A stretch of DNA of 64,000 nucleotides from Candidatus Komeilibacteria bacterium RIFOXYD1_FULL_37_29 (GCA_001818495.1 MHKS01000005.1:402584-466583), one strand, 5' to 3'; shown: positions 38,022-49,569, counted from the first letter of the stretch. Notes: generated by a model not told the origin, from the letters alone. A program made the numbers and translations.

Positions 38022-39106
38022 AAAAGACCTTAGTTTTAACACACGAATATTATCCGTTTAAAGGGGGAGTAGCCAGATATTGTCATAATCTTTTTAAATT
38101 TTTTAAAAATGAAGAGTACTTGGTTGTGACTGACAATCTAGAGGTCAGCTCTCAGAAAAACATCATCAACACTCGTTTGACCTGGCCTTATCTAAAGCCT
38201 AGTTGGCTCTTGGCTTATTTTAAGTTAAAAAAAATTATAAAGAATAATCAGTTGGAGCAGATTTTTACCCCCAATATTTTGCCTTTGGGTAGCTTGGCTT
38301 ATTTTCTTAAAGTACCATATATTATTTCTTTACACGGTCTAGACATTAATTTAGCTATGGCTAATAAGCCTAAGTTAACTAGAAAGATTTTGACCGGTGC
38401 CAAAGCAGTGATAGCCAATACGGAAAATACTGCTAAAATTACTAGAGATTTTTTAGGTCAGGCTGATTTTAAAATAAAAGTTTTATATCCCAGTGTTGAT
38501 TTTGATACCAGCTATGATCCTATCAAACTAGAAGCGTTTCGTAAAAAATTGGGTATTGGCGAGGAAAAGATAATTATGACGCTCGGTCGTTTGAATAAAC
38601 GAAAAGGACAGGATTTGGTGATTGAGGCTTTGGCCCAACTTCAGAACGATTATAATTTTAAATACTTTATTATCGGTCGTGGCTCGGAAAATAAAAATTT
38701 GGAACTTTTGATTGATAAGCACAAATTATCCAAGCAGGTTTTTATCTTTGATAATATTGACGACGAAGATTTAATTTACTTTTTTAAATTGGCTGATTAC
38801 TTTGTCCTGCCACATCGGCAAAGTGGCCACGATATAGAGGGTTTTGGTACAGTTTTTTTGGAAGCCGCCCTTTGTAATTTACCGATTATTTCTGGTGATA
38901 GTGGCGGAGTTAAAGAGATATTTAATAAGCCAGATCAGGCTCTACTAATACCAAGTGATGATTTAAAAGCTTTGATCAAGGCGATAAAATTTTTATTGAA
39001 TAATCCATTAGAAGCTGATAAACTAGCCCAAGCTGCGCAACAGCGGGCTAAGCAATTTAAAGGCAGTAAAGCACAGTCATTAATTTTAAAAGAAATATTA
39101 AAATAA
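38018..39106 (+). CDS. GT4 glycosyltransferase
   Basis: YYPFKGGVA, LGRLNKRKG, EGFGTVFLEAA. Confidence 0.9.
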   Translation: MKKTLVLTHEYYPFKGGVARYCHNLFKFFKNEEYLVVTDNLEVSSQKNIINTRLTWPYLKPSWLLAYFKLKKIIKNNQLEQIFTPNILPLGSLAYFLKVPYIISLHGLDINLAMANKPKLTRKILTGAKAVIANTENTAKITRDFLGQADFKIKVLYPSVDFDTSYDPIKLEAFRKKLGIGEEKIIMTLGRLNKRKGQDLVIEALAQLQNDYNFKYFIIGRGSENKNLELLIDKHKLSKQVFIFDNIDDEDLIYFFKLADYFVLPHRQSGHDIEGFGTVFLEAALCNLPIISGDSGGVKEIFNKPDQALLIPSDDLKALIKAIKFLLNNPLEADKLAQAAQQRAKQFKGSKAQSLILKEILK

Positions 39107-39107
39107 T

Positions 39108-40277
39108 ATGAAAAAATTTGATGTTGTCATGCTTAATATGTCCAATTATTCCGAATGGGATGAGGGTGTTTCTAATCGTAATTACCATATTTTGCGGGAA
39201 TTACAAAACAGGGAAGAAGTCGGTAAGATTTTAGCCGTTGATTATTTGCCATTGAATTTTAAAAGAGCTTTAAGAAATTATAAGGAGGGCATAGTTTTAA
39301 ATATTAATAATTCTAAAACAGTCAAGCGAGGTCTGACTTATAAAGTATCTAAAATTTCCGATAAGCTTTATGTCTACACTGACGCAGATTTTTGGTTGAG
39401 ACCAAAAAGTAGTTTGAAACGTATTAAAAAAATAGCCATTGATTTAAATTTTGGCGATTTTGTCTTATGGTCTTATTATCCTTTTGCGGCGTCTTATTGG
39501 GGTAAAATGGGCCAAAAAATGACTATTTTTGAGGCCGTGGATAACTGGCTTTTGCATTCATCCTATAGTAAATATACAGACAAGCTTAAAATCGCTTATG
39601 AAAAGATTAAAAACGAAACGGATTTGATTTTTGTGGTTTCTAAAAATTTGACCAACTTTTTTGATGATCAACCCAATGTTTACTGGATACCAAACGGTGT
39701 CGATAATAAACATTATAATAAAAAGTTTTCTTTAATCAATCGGGACATTTCGGATATTCCCAAGCCAATTATTGGTTATATTGGGGTAGTGCAGGAAAAA
39801 GTTGATTTTAAACTCCTGGAATATATAGCTGACAACAATTTGGATAAGTCACTGGTCATTATTGGTCCGGTTTGGACTGAACAGGAGAAAGCCAAAGAGG
39901 AATTGTCTCAAAAGAAAAATGTTTTTTTTCTGGGTTATAAAAAATACAATGAGGCGCCACAGTATATCCAACAATTCAATGTTGGTATTATACCCCATAA
40001 AACAGCGGGGTTTAGTGCTACTACCAATCCGATGAAGATGTATGAGTATTTATCTTGTGGTAAGCCTGTGGTAGCTACTAGTAACATTGGTACGGAAAAT
40101 GTAGCAGATATGATTTCTGTGGCCAAAGATTATGAAAGTTTTAATAAGGCTATTAATGAGGCTTTAGAGAAAGACAATACTGATGCACAAGAAAAAAGAA
40201 AAGAGTTTGTCAAGAAATTTTCTTGGTTTAATACGGTTTCTAAAATGTTGGATTTAATTAGCAATAAGTTTAATTAG
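39108..40277 (+). CDS. GT4-like glycosyltransferase (TuaH-like)
   Basis: IPNGVD, IGYIG, NPMKMYEYLSCGKPVV. Confidence 0.85.
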   Translation: MKKFDVVMLNMSNYSEWDEGVSNRNYHILRELQNREEVGKILAVDYLPLNFKRALRNYKEGIVLNINNSKTVKRGLTYKVSKISDKLYVYTDADFWLRPKSSLKRIKKIAIDLNFGDFVLWSYYPFAASYWGKMGQKMTIFEAVDNWLLHSSYSKYTDKLKIAYEKIKNETDLIFVVSKNLTNFFDDQPNVYWIPNGVDNKHYNKKFSLINRDISDIPKPIIGYIGVVQEKVDFKLLEYIADNNLDKSLVIIGPVWTEQEKAKEELSQKKNVFFLGYKKYNEAPQYIQQFNVGIIPHKTAGFSATTNPMKMYEYLSCGKPVVATSNIGTENVADMISVAKDYESFNKAINEALEKDNTDAQEKRKEFVKKFSWFNTVSKMLDLISNKFN

Positions 40278-40285
40278 TTTATAAA

Positions 40286-41230
40286 ATGGCCAAAGCTGAC
40301 CTGTCAGTCATTATTGTAAATTGGAAAGTAAAAGACTTACTAAAAAAATGTTTGGACTCTATTTTGGCTTATCAAAAAAATTACCAACTAGAGATATTTA
40401 TAGTAGATAACCATAGTCAAGATGGTAGCGTGGAGATGATCAAAAAAGATTATCCGATGGTCAGTTTGATAGCTTTAGAAAAAAATATTGGTTTTGGCGC
40501 AGCCAATAATCTAGCCATAAAAAAAGCTACAGCGGATTATATTTTTTTACTTAATCCCGATACAGAGCTAACGGCTGATTTTTTTGATCAGGCATTTTCT
40601 TATATGCAAAATAATCCAGCCGTAGGAATTTTGGGTCCGAAAATTATAAATAGCGATGGTAGCCAACAGGCTTCTATTAGAAATTTGCCAAATTTATTAT
40701 CACAAAGTCTAACGTTGTTTAAATTACAAAATATTTTAGGTAGCGATAAACCATTGGAGCCTTATATCAATAAATCTCTGATAGCTCCGGTTTCGAAAAT
40801 TAGAAAGTTATTTTCTGCCAGTAAAGCTTTGACTCATTATTTGGCGGAAGATTTTGATTATAGTAGGGAGCAGTCAGTCGAGCAGATTATGGGGGCAGCC
40901 ATGTTTATTAGACGTTCTGTTTTGGATAAAATTGGGGTTTTTGATACTAAATTTTTTGTTTGGTTTGAAGAAGTTGATTTGTGTCAGCGCGCTAAAAAAG
41001 CCGGTTTGGAAATAAAATATTTTCCCCAAGCGGTTATTATCCATCATGGAGGACAAAGCTTTTCGCAAAGTCAGACCTTAAAAAAACAAAAGCTTTTTAA
41101 TAAAAGCCTGTGGTATTATTTTTTCAAACACAAACCATTTATTCAGACTTTAATAATTTTTTTATTAATTCCTATTAATATAGGGCTGACATTAATTTAT
41201 GTCACTTTTTTCAAAAATAAAGGAAAGTAG
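40286..41230 (+). CDS. GT2 glycosyltransferase (WbbL-like)
   Basis: SVIIVNW, VDNHSQDGS, GFGAANN, LLNPD, FEEVDLC. Confidence 0.88.
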   Translation: MAKADLSVIIVNWKVKDLLKKCLDSILAYQKNYQLEIFIVDNHSQDGSVEMIKKDYPMVSLIALEKNIGFGAANNLAIKKATADYIFLLNPDTELTADFFDQAFSYMQNNPAVGILGPKIINSDGSQQASIRNLPNLLSQSLTLFKLQNILGSDKPLEPYINKSLIAPVSKIRKLFSASKALTHYLAEDFDYSREQSVEQIMGAAMFIRRSVLDKIGVFDTKFFVWFEEVDLCQRAKKAGLEIKYFPQAVIIHHGGQSFSQSQTLKKQKLFNKSLWYYFFKHKPFIQTLIIFLLIPINIGLTLIYVTFFKNKGK

Positions 41231-42647
41231 CTTATTTTCTAGATGGCTGATGGTTTTTATCACGCTGGAAGCTTTGTCGGCCTTGGCTTGGTTTTACCCC
41301 TATATTAGCGGGGCAGTCTTGTTATTTGTGGCTGTTTTGACGGTTTTTTTGCTTTTTAAACAGCCCATATTTTCTTTGTATCTTCCGGTTGCTGAAATTT
41401 TTTGGGGCTCTTTGGGGCACAGCTTTGATTATTATTTTATTAACACCAGGCTACTGATATTTATGCTGGTGGTTTTTGTTTTTATAATTAAACATATCAA
41501 GCAATTTAAAAATATTAAATTGTTTAAAAATCGAAATTTGTTTTTGATATTTTTTAGTTTAGTATTTTTAATTTTATTGGGTGTAGTTTTGGGCTATGTT
41601 CGGAGCAAAGATCTGGGCCGAGTATTTCTTGATGCCAATGCTTATTTTTATATTTTCTATTTACCTATTTGGTATCAGGTTTATGAAGAGAGGTATTTAC
41701 AAAATATTTTAACTATCTTAAAAACGGCTACTTTGATAGTTGCTATAAAAACTATTTTATTATTAAATATTTTTTCTCAAAATTATTCTTTTTTAAATAT
41801 AGATAATATTTATAAATGGGTTAGAGACACCAGGACAGGGGAGATAACTCCTTTTCGTGATTCATTTTTTAGGATATTTATGCAGTCGCAGTTTTATTTG
41901 ATTGTGGCTTGGCTGGTAATTTTTATAGAACAGATCAACAATTTTAAAAATAAAAATAGTTTTTGGCTAAGTATAGTTTTGTCGTCGGCTATTTTTATAT
42001 CTTTGTCGCGTAGCTTTTGGCTGGGACTAACAGTCGGATTATTATTTACTTTAGGGCATTTTATTTATCAGACCAAAAGAATTTCTTTAAATATTTTTAT
42101 TAGTTTGGCAGTGATGTTTTTAGCCAGTATACTATTGGTAGAGTTGGCTTATAATTTGCCAGCGTATAAAAGTTTTAATATTTTTACCCAGCGTAGTACC
42201 GATGTCAGTGAGTCAGCGGCTTCTACTCGCGCTCAATTGTGGGGACCGCTGTGGCAAAATATTGCTGAGCGGCCGATTTTTGGTCACGGTTTTGGTCAGG
42301 AAATCAGTTTTTATTCCAATGACCCGCGTATTAAAACTGTAGACAATCCTTCTGGCTGGCATACTACCTATGCTTTTGAATGGGGTTGGATGGATCAGCT
42401 GGTCAAAGGTGGCTTAGTCCTGTTCTTATTTTTTGTAGCTTGGATTGTTTATCTTTATCGACGGACTTATCGCTTTTTATCAAATGAACCAGTTATTAGC
42501 TTGGCTCTGATGGCTACATTGACTAGTTTGATAATTATTCATATATTTACCCCATACCTTAATCATCCGCTGGGTTTGTCAGTACTTATGTTAGCTAGTA
42601 TAATTTTTATTCCTTATGCACAAAAAACAACCAACAGTGACCATTAG
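41199..42647 (+). CDS. O-antigen ligase / Wzy_C-like membrane protein
   Basis: Multi-TM, SLSRSFWLG, R...W, PIFGHGFG periplasmic loop. Confidence 0.75.
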   Translation: MSLFSKIKESSLFSRWLMVFITLEALSALAWFYPYISGAVLLFVAVLTVFLLFKQPIFSLYLPVAEIFWGSLGHSFDYYFINTRLLIFMLVVFVFIIKHIKQFKNIKLFKNRNLFLIFFSLVFLILLGVVLGYVRSKDLGRVFLDANAYFYIFYLPIWYQVYEERYLQNILTILKTATLIVAIKTILLLNIFSQNYSFLNIDNIYKWVRDTRTGEITPFRDSFFRIFMQSQFYLIVAWLVIFIEQINNFKNKNSFWLSIVLSSAIFISLSRSFWLGLTVGLLFTLGHFIYQTKRISLNIFISLAVMFLASILLVELAYNLPAYKSFNIFTQRSTDVSESAASTRAQLWGPLWQNIAERPIFGHGFGQEISFYSNDPRIKTVDNPSGWHTTYAFEWGWMDQLVKGGLVLFLFFVAWIVYLYRRTYRFLSNEPVISLALMATLTSLIIIHIFTPYLNHPLGLSVLMLASIIFIPYAQKTTNSDH

Positions 42648-43617
42648 TTTACTTACTTGGAATGGTCAAAGATACCTTCCTTGGCTGATGAAAAGCTTGT
42701 CAGAACAGTCTTTTGTCGACTTCGAGCTTTTGGTCTTGGACAATGCTTCTAGCGACAATTCCATAGAAATTATTAGAGAACATTATCCTAAGGCCAGAAT
42801 TGTTGGTCAAAAACAAAATATTGGTTTTGCCAAAGGACACAATTTACTGATCAATTGGTCAAATTCTGATTATATTTTAGTTTTAAACCAAGATGTGATA
42901 TTGGGCGCTAATTATTTGAGAGAATTGGTGGATTTTATGGAAAAACATCCCCAAGCGGCTTCTTGTGCTGGTAAATTGATGTATTGGGATTTTTCCAGCG
43001 GACAAAAAACCAACATTGTTGATTCTTATGGTTTAAAAATCAGCCGTAAAAGAGAAATTATTGATAATCAGCAGGGTCAAACTGATAGTAGTTTGTCTAA
43101 TCAGGAAGTTTTTGGTCTTTCGGCTACGGCTACTTTATATAGACGAAAAGCACTCGATATTGTAGCGGGGGCGCCCAAAGATAACCATTTGGAATATTTT
43201 GACGAAGATTTTTTTGCTTATAAAGAGGATGTTGATTTAGCTTGGCGTCTTAGACTTTTCGGCTGGGAAAATTGGTTAGTCACCACTTGCAAGGCTTATC
43301 ATCATCGCAGTATAGCCAAAGGAGAAGACCTTATTACTTCACGCAAACACCGGGGCTTTGCCAATAAAATTTCTTATCGCAATCATTTTATGTTACTTTA
43401 TAAAAATTCTTTCTATAAGAATTTATTTAAGGATTGTTTGTATATAAAATGGTATGAATTTAAGAAATTTGTTTATTTGCTTATTTTTGAAAGATCAACT
43501 TTGGTTGGACTGAAAGAATTTTTTATGAGTATTCCCCGACTGAGAAAAAAAAGAAAATATATTATGGAGCATAAAAAAATTACAGCTGATGATATATATA
43601 AATGGTTTGAAAAATAA
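42616..43617 (+). CDS. GT2 glycosyltransferase
   Basis: LDNASSD, GFAKGHN, LNQD, FFAYKEDVDLAWR. Confidence 0.88.
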   Translation: MHKKQPTVTISLLTWNGQRYLPWLMKSLSEQSFVDFELLVLDNASSDNSIEIIREHYPKARIVGQKQNIGFAKGHNLLINWSNSDYILVLNQDVILGANYLRELVDFMEKHPQAASCAGKLMYWDFSSGQKTNIVDSYGLKISRKREIIDNQQGQTDSSLSNQEVFGLSATATLYRRKALDIVAGAPKDNHLEYFDEDFFAYKEDVDLAWRLRLFGWENWLVTTCKAYHHRSIAKGEDLITSRKHRGFANKISYRNHFMLLYKNSFYKNLFKDCLYIKWYEFKKFVYLLIFERSTLVGLKEFFMSIPRLRKKRKYIMEHKKITADDIYKWFEK

Positions 43618-43620
43618 TTT

Positions 43621-44427
43621 ATGGATTTATCAATTGTGGTCTTAAATTATCGCGGTAAAAATTTAGTAAAAGAATTACTAAAAAATTTAGCGGAATTAGA
43701 TTTGCCGTATCAGTATGAAATCATTGTGGTAGACAATGCTTCTGGCGATGGTTTGAAAGAAGCCTTGGCTGAAAATTTTCCGCAGGTTAAGTTTGTGGCC
43801 AATTCAAAAAATTTGGGTTTTGCTGGTGGTAATAATCGGGGTATTATAGAAGCCCAGGGTCAATATATAATGATTATGAATCCTGATTTGGCTATTTTAT
43901 CTAAGGCGATAGAAAAATTGTATCAGTATATGGAAAAAAATCCGCAAGTAGGTTTAGCTGGTCCGCGACTGATAAATGCCGATCGCACTATTCAATATTC
44001 TTGTACTGATTGGCCAGATTGGAAATTGCCTTTTTTCAGGCGGACAGCCTTGGGCAATACCAAAGCGGGTCAAAAATGGCAGGATAAATATATTATGAAA
44101 GATCTGGATCATTATCAAAACAGTTATGTACCATCTTTGTTTGGTGCTTGTCTTATTTTTCGTCGGGATGTTTTGAAAAAGGTGGGTCTTTTGGATGAGC
44201 GTTATTTTATGTATTTTGAGGACTTAGATTGGTCTAGACGTTTTTGGGAAAATGGCTATAAAGTCACTTATGTGGGGGAGGCTGAGATTATCCATTTGCA
44301 CCGTCGCGAGTCAGCCGCTGAAAGCCTGCTTAAATCTTTGTTTTCCAAAACAGCTCGTTTTCACATTATTAGCTTTGTCAAATATTTATTGAAATTTAGA
44401 GGTAAAAAATTACCAGTCATTGGCTAG
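43621..44427 (+). CDS. GT2 glycosyltransferase (WbbL-like)
   Basis: VDNASGD, GFAGGNN, MNPD, YFMYFEDLDW. Confidence 0.88.
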   Translation: MDLSIVVLNYRGKNLVKELLKNLAELDLPYQYEIIVVDNASGDGLKEALAENFPQVKFVANSKNLGFAGGNNRGIIEAQGQYIMIMNPDLAILSKAIEKLYQYMEKNPQVGLAGPRLINADRTIQYSCTDWPDWKLPFFRRTALGNTKAGQKWQDKYIMKDLDHYQNSYVPSLFGACLIFRRDVLKKVGLLDERYFMYFEDLDWSRRFWENGYKVTYVGEAEIIHLHRRESAAESLLKSLFSKTARFHIISFVKYLLKFRGKKLPVIG

Positions 44428-44489
44428 TCTTTTTCTTGATTTTTAGCCTATTTTCTTGTATTATTATTCTATAAGAAAATTTTAAATTT

Positions 44490-45986
44490 ATGGCAAAAAA
44501 TCAAGAAAAAAGCCTTGATATTAACGATGAATATCAGCAAAGACTAGCCAAATTGGCCAGGCTCAAAAAACAAGCCATCGACCCTTATCCAGCCCGAAGC
44601 AAAAAAGACACTAGCGTGGCGGATTTTTTAAATAATTTTAAAAAACTATTGAGTAGTCAACAAAAGATCACTAGCGCCGGTCGGATTGTTAGTTTGCGTC
44701 TGCAAGGGGGATCTTGTTTTCTAAATTTTGAAGATTATTCTGGTCGCGTGCAAGTTTTTATAAGGAAAGAAAATATTGGAGAAGGGGAGTATCAAAGTTT
44801 TAAAGACAATGTTGATACTGGTGATTTTGTAGAATTTAGCGGTCAGGCTTTTGAGACCAAAACCAAAGAGCCGACTATTTTGGTTGACGGTTTTAAATTT
44901 TTAGCTAAGACTCTTTTGCCACTACCCGATCAATATTATGGTCTTAAAGATCCCGATCTTAGATTTAGAAAAAGATATTTAGATTTGATTTTAAATCCCA
45001 AAGTAAAAGAGACTTTTAAGTTGCGCAGTGAAGTGATCAAGCTGACGCGTCAGTATTTTGATAAAAATGGTTTTATGGAAGTAGACACGCCGGTCTTGCA
45101 GTCAGTGGCCGGTGGAGCAACGGCTCAGCCTTTTGTCACCCATCACAACGCTCTAGATATTGATATGTATTTGCGTGTAGCGCCAGAATTATATCTAAAA
45201 CGTTTGATAGTTGGTGGTTATGACAAGGTCTATGAAATTGCTCGTTGTTTTAGAAACGAAGGCATTGATCATCAGCATAATCCGGAATTTACCCAAATTG
45301 AAGCTTATTGGGCTTATAAGGATTATACTTTTTTGATGGATTGGATGGAAAAATATTTTGAATTTTTAGTTACCAGTGTCAATAATGGCAGTACCAAAAT
45401 AAAAAATAGCGCGGATGTTATTGATTTTAAAGCTCCTTATCCCAGACTGGATTTTAAAGATACTCTAGAAAAAGCTTTAAAAATTGATCTAGATAAGACC
45501 AATGATCAGGAGCTAGCCAAAATCGCTAAAAATGCCAAATTGGAAGTTGATAAAAGCTGGGGTCGTGGTAAATTGCTCGACGAACTGTATAAAAAATTTG
45601 TGCGATCAAAATTGATTCAGCCAACCTTTATTGTCAATCATCCCTTGGAGGTTTCACCTTTGGCTAAAAAGATTGTCGATCGGCCAAATTATGTCGAAAG
45701 ATTTCAATTGGTAGTTAAAACAGCAGAAATTTGTAATGCTTTTTCAGAGTTAAATGACCCTCTAGATCAGGAAAAAAGATTTGATGAGCAGAGAAAATTG
45801 AGGGAAGCGGGAGATCAGGAAGCTCAGGGGGCTGACAGTGATTTTGTCGAAGCCTTAAAACACGGCATGCCACCAACAGTCGGATTGGGTGTGGGCATTG
45901 ATCGATTGGTCATGCTTTTGGGTGATATAGAAAATATCAAAGAGGTTATATTATTTCCAACCATGAGACCAAAAAATGATGACTAA
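44490..45986 (+). CDS. lysS: Lysine--tRNA ligase (class II)
   Basis: OB-fold N-terminus, RYLDL, YLRVAPELYLKRL, FRNEG, HNPEFT, GMPPT.GLGVGIDRL. Confidence 0.96.
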   Translation: MAKNQEKSLDINDEYQQRLAKLARLKKQAIDPYPARSKKDTSVADFLNNFKKLLSSQQKITSAGRIVSLRLQGGSCFLNFEDYSGRVQVFIRKENIGEGEYQSFKDNVDTGDFVEFSGQAFETKTKEPTILVDGFKFLAKTLLPLPDQYYGLKDPDLRFRKRYLDLILNPKVKETFKLRSEVIKLTRQYFDKNGFMEVDTPVLQSVAGGATAQPFVTHHNALDIDMYLRVAPELYLKRLIVGGYDKVYEIARCFRNEGIDHQHNPEFTQIEAYWAYKDYTFLMDWMEKYFEFLVTSVNNGSTKIKNSADVIDFKAPYPRLDFKDTLEKALKIDLDKTNDQELAKIAKNAKLEVDKSWGRGKLLDELYKKFVRSKLIQPTFIVNHPLEVSPLAKKIVDRPNYVERFQLVVKTAEICNAFSELNDPLDQEKRFDEQRKLREAGDQEAQGADSDFVEALKHGMPPTVGLGVGIDRLVMLLGDIENIKEVILFPTMRPKNDD

Positions 45987-46608
45987 GGAGATAAGGAAGT
46001 TAAATAAATTATTAGTGGCTACTCATAATCCGGGAAAGTTTAAAATTATTAAAGATAAATTAAGTTCATTAAATATTGAGATTTTATCTTTAGATGATTT
46101 GGGCATCAAAGAAGATTTTGAAGAAACTGGTCAAACTTATCAGGAAAACGCTTCGGGTAAGGCCAAATTTTATTATAAGCTGGCTCAGATGCCGACATTA
46201 GGAGATGATTCTGGATTGTCGGTTGATGCTTTAGACGGTGCACCGGGTCTTTATTCGCGTTTTTGGCCAGGATATAAAGGGACTGATGAGGAGCTCCTGA
46301 AAATGCTTTTAGACAAGCTAAAGGATGTTCCCGATGCTCAAAGAACAGCCAAATTTGTCACGGTCTTAGCTTTGTTTGACGGACAGCAAATATATTTTGG
46401 TCAAGGAGAAGTCAAAGGAGTAATAACTCAAGAAGCTTTGTGTGATTTAGAGCCAGGTCTGCCCTATAGCGCAGTTTTTCGTCCCGATGGGTATGACAAA
46501 GTTTTTTCCCAGCTGACTTTGGAAGAAAAGCGTGGTGTCAGTCATCGGGCCAAGGCAGTTGATGAAATAATTAAACAATTATCCGCCAGAGGTGGAGTAA
46601 ATAAATAA
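45976..46608 (+). CDS. rdgB: Non-canonical purine NTP pyrophosphatase (RdgB/HAM1)
   Basis: [35 protein letters not shown]. Confidence 0.88.
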   Translation: MMTKEIRKLNKLLVATHNPGKFKIIKDKLSSLNIEILSLDDLGIKEDFEETGQTYQENASGKAKFYYKLAQMPTLGDDSGLSVDALDGAPGLYSRFWPGYKGTDEELLKMLLDKLKDVPDAQRTAKFVTVLALFDGQQIYFGQGEVKGVITQEALCDLEPGLPYSAVFRPDGYDKVFSQLTLEEKRGVSHRAKAVDEIIKQLSARGGVNK

Positions 46609-46613
46609 TTAAT

Positions 46614-47183
46614 ATGGACAAAAGAAATCTTTTAATCATGGTCGCAATAATGGTTATAGCAGTGGCCCTGATGCTGATTTTTCCAGCCAAAAAAATCACT
46701 ATGGAAGAAGCAATTATTAAAACAAATAAAGGAGATATAAAAGTCGCTTTGTATCCTGATAAAGTTCCCACTACTGTGGAAAATTTTGCCAAACTAGCCC
46801 AAGAAAGATTTTATGAAGACATAAAATTTCATAGAGTAGTGGAAAATTTTATGATTCAAACAGGTGATCCCCAAACTAGAGGTGAGGAAGGTAAAGATTT
46901 TGTTTATACACCCAACGGCAGTGGTTTACCCATCGCTGGTACTGGTGGGCCAGGCTATACTTTTAAAGACGAATTTCATCCCAATTTAAAGCATAATATT
47001 GCTGGTATTTTGTCTATGGCCAACTCTGGTCCCAATACCAATGGCTCACAATTTTTCATTACGCATTTGCCCACACCATGGCTTGACGGAAAACACACTA
47101 TTTTTGGTCGCGTATTAGAAGGTCAGGCTGTAGTGGATTCTATTGTTCAAGGTGATTATATAAAGAAAATTATCATAAAATAA
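46614..47183 (+). CDS. Cyclophilin-type peptidyl-prolyl isomerase with N-terminal membrane anchor/signal
   Basis: [42 protein letters not shown]. Confidence 0.93.
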   Translation: MDKRNLLIMVAIMVIAVALMLIFPAKKITMEEAIIKTNKGDIKVALYPDKVPTTVENFAKLAQERFYEDIKFHRVVENFMIQTGDPQTRGEEGKDFVYTPNGSGLPIAGTGGPGYTFKDEFHPNLKHNIAGILSMANSGPNTNGSQFFITHLPTPWLDGKHTIFGRVLEGQAVVDSIVQGDYIKKIIIK

Positions 47184-48418
47184 TGTTAGACATAAAAAAA
47201 ATAAGAGAGGAAACAGTGGCTGTCAAAGATTCTTTAATGAAACGTGGCATCAAAGTTGATTTTAAAAAAATAATTAAACTAGACGATCAGCGCAAAAAAT
47301 TGATTGTCCAAAATGAAGATTTAAAAGCCGAGCGAAACAAATTTTCCAAATCAAAACCTGATGCTGCTATTATTAAACAAATGAAATCTCTGGGCGAAAA
47401 AATAAAAGATTTGGAAACAGACTTAGATCAGGTACAGTCAGAGCTAGACAATGAAATAGCCGCTTTGCCAAATATTGTAGCTGACGATGTAGTAGCTGGT
47501 GGCAAGGAAAATAATAAAATTATCGGCACTTTTAAAACTCAGCCAAAGCTGGCTTTTAAATTTAAAAATCATGTGGATTTAGCTACTGAGCTAGGGCTGA
47601 TAGACTATCCTCGGGCTGTTAAGATGTCTGGTTCGGGTTTTTGGGCCTATACCGGAGACGGAGCTTTGCTAGAATGGGCTCTACTTAATTATTTTGTAGA
47701 TTATCATCGGCAAAATAATTATCAGTTCATCATTCCACCGTTTTTGCTGACAGAAAAATCTGCCTATACTTCTGGGCATTTGCCAAAATTTAGGGAAGAC
47801 CTTTTTTGGACACAAAACAAGCTTTGTTTAAACGCCACTTCTGAAATGATGTTAGGTAACTATCATCGTGATGAAATTTTGCCAGCCGAAAAATTACCTT
47901 TGAAATATTTTGCCTATTCAACCTGCTTTCGTCGGGAAGCTGGTTCTTACAGAGCGGAGGAGAGGGGAATGGTCAGGGGACATCAGTTCAATAAAATTGA
48001 GATGTTTCAATTTACTAAACCAGAAAATTCTTGGCAGGCCTTTTCTGAATTATTGAAACACGCTCAAAAATTGGTAGAGGGCTTGGAGCTACACTATAAC
48101 ACAGTTCAATTGGCCGCTGGTGATTGTAGCGCTGCTATGGCCAAAACAATTGATCTAGAAGTTTGGATACCATCTATGAATAATTATAAAGAAGTTTCCA
48201 GTGTTTCCAACGCTTTGGATTATCAGGCCAGACGCGGGCAAATACGCTTTAAAGATAGTGATGGAAAAAATAAGTTTGTTCACACTTTAAACGCTTCTGG
48301 TTTGGCCACCAGCCGAATTTTGCCAGCCATTTTAGAGCAAAACCAACAGGCTGATGGTTCCGTAGTAGTGCCCAAGGTATTGCAAAAATATCTCGGCAAG
48401 AAAGCATTGAAAAAATAA
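47183..48418 (+). CDS. serS: Serine--tRNA ligase
   Basis: MLDIK, coiled-coil arm, ATSE, CFRREAG, HQFNKIE, HTLNASGLA. Confidence 0.96.
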   Translation: MLDIKKIREETVAVKDSLMKRGIKVDFKKIIKLDDQRKKLIVQNEDLKAERNKFSKSKPDAAIIKQMKSLGEKIKDLETDLDQVQSELDNEIAALPNIVADDVVAGGKENNKIIGTFKTQPKLAFKFKNHVDLATELGLIDYPRAVKMSGSGFWAYTGDGALLEWALLNYFVDYHRQNNYQFIIPPFLLTEKSAYTSGHLPKFREDLFWTQNKLCLNATSEMMLGNYHRDEILPAEKLPLKYFAYSTCFRREAGSYRAEERGMVRGHQFNKIEMFQFTKPENSWQAFSELLKHAQKLVEGLELHYNTVQLAAGDCSAAMAKTIDLEVWIPSMNNYKEVSSVSNALDYQARRGQIRFKDSDGKNKFVHTLNASGLATSRILPAILEQNQQADGSVVVPKVLQKYLGKKALKK

Positions 48419-49519
48419 ATGTTTTTGACTTGGTTAGAAATCAACAAAACTAATATATTGCACAATATTGGGCAGTTTAAAAAGTTGGCTCCCCATTCGC
48501 AAATTTGGCCAGTGGTAAAGAGTAATGCTTATGGCCATGGTCTTAAGGAAATTGTGGCTTATTTGTCGGATCATGATGATGTCGGGGGGTTTATGGTGGC
48601 CAATTTAGAAGAAGCTCTGACTATTAAAAATTTGACCAAAAAGCCGATAATGGTGCTTAGCTATTTTGATTTAAGCGATCATTTTTCCTTAGAAAAAGTA
48701 GACTCCCAAATTTCTTTACCGGTTTATGATATTGATACCATCAATCAGTTGGCTAGTTTAAATAGAGATTTTTTGCTTAATGTAAAAATTGATACCGGGA
48801 CAGCTCGCTTGGGATTTAGCCAAGACCAAGTAAGATCAGCCATTGATCAAGTGGAAAAAAGCAAACATCTGAAAATTTTTAGCTTGTTTACTCATTATGC
48901 TGAATCGGAGGCCGAGGATCAAACTTTTAGCAAAAAACAGTTAGCCGATTTTCAAAAGATCACCAAAAATTATAAAAAATATAAAATACATTCAGCTTGT
49001 ACGGCCGCTAGTATTTCCTTGCCTTTAGCTCAGTCAAACATTATTCGAGCCGGTTTGGGTTTTTATGGTTTGTGGCCTAGTCAGGTTACCAAAAAAAGAG
49101 CTGATCAGTTGGCGATAGACTTACGACCATTGTTAAGCTGGAAAACAAAAATTGTTCATATTAAACAACTGAAAAAAGGTGACAGCATTGGTTACAACCG
49201 TACTTATCGCTGCAAGGATGATTGCCAGTTGGCTGTTTTACCGATTGGTTATAACGAAGGTTATGATCGGTCATTATCTAATAATAGTGCAGTATTAATT
49301 TCCGGTCAGCGCTACCCAGTTCGAGGAAATATTTGTATGAATTTGACCATGGTGGAAATACCAAAGTCCCTAGAGGTCAAAGTAGGGGAGGTAGTGACTC
49401 TAATTGGGCAAGATGGAGGAGAAAAAATTACCGTTGAAGAGCTAGCTGATTATTGTCAGACTATTAATTATGAAATAGTCACTAGGATAAACCCTAATTT
49501 AAAAAGAGCAATTATTTAA
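48419..49519 (+). CDS. alr: Alanine racemase
   Basis: VVKSNAYGHG (PLP Lys), KIDTG, GYNRTY, GNICMN, TINYE. Confidence 0.93.
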   Translation: MFLTWLEINKTNILHNIGQFKKLAPHSQIWPVVKSNAYGHGLKEIVAYLSDHDDVGGFMVANLEEALTIKNLTKKPIMVLSYFDLSDHFSLEKVDSQISLPVYDIDTINQLASLNRDFLLNVKIDTGTARLGFSQDQVRSAIDQVEKSKHLKIFSLFTHYAESEAEDQTFSKKQLADFQKITKNYKKYKIHSACTAASISLPLAQSNIIRAGLGFYGLWPSQVTKKRADQLAIDLRPLLSWKTKIVHIKQLKKGDSIGYNRTYRCKDDCQLAVLPIGYNEGYDRSLSNNSAVLISGQRYPVRGNICMNLTMVEIPKSLEVKVGEVVTLIGQDGGEKITVEELADYCQTINYEIVTRINPNLKRAII

Positions 49520-49569
49520 TTAAACGTTTTACGACACATAATATTATAGCCATAATTCTAAGATAGAGT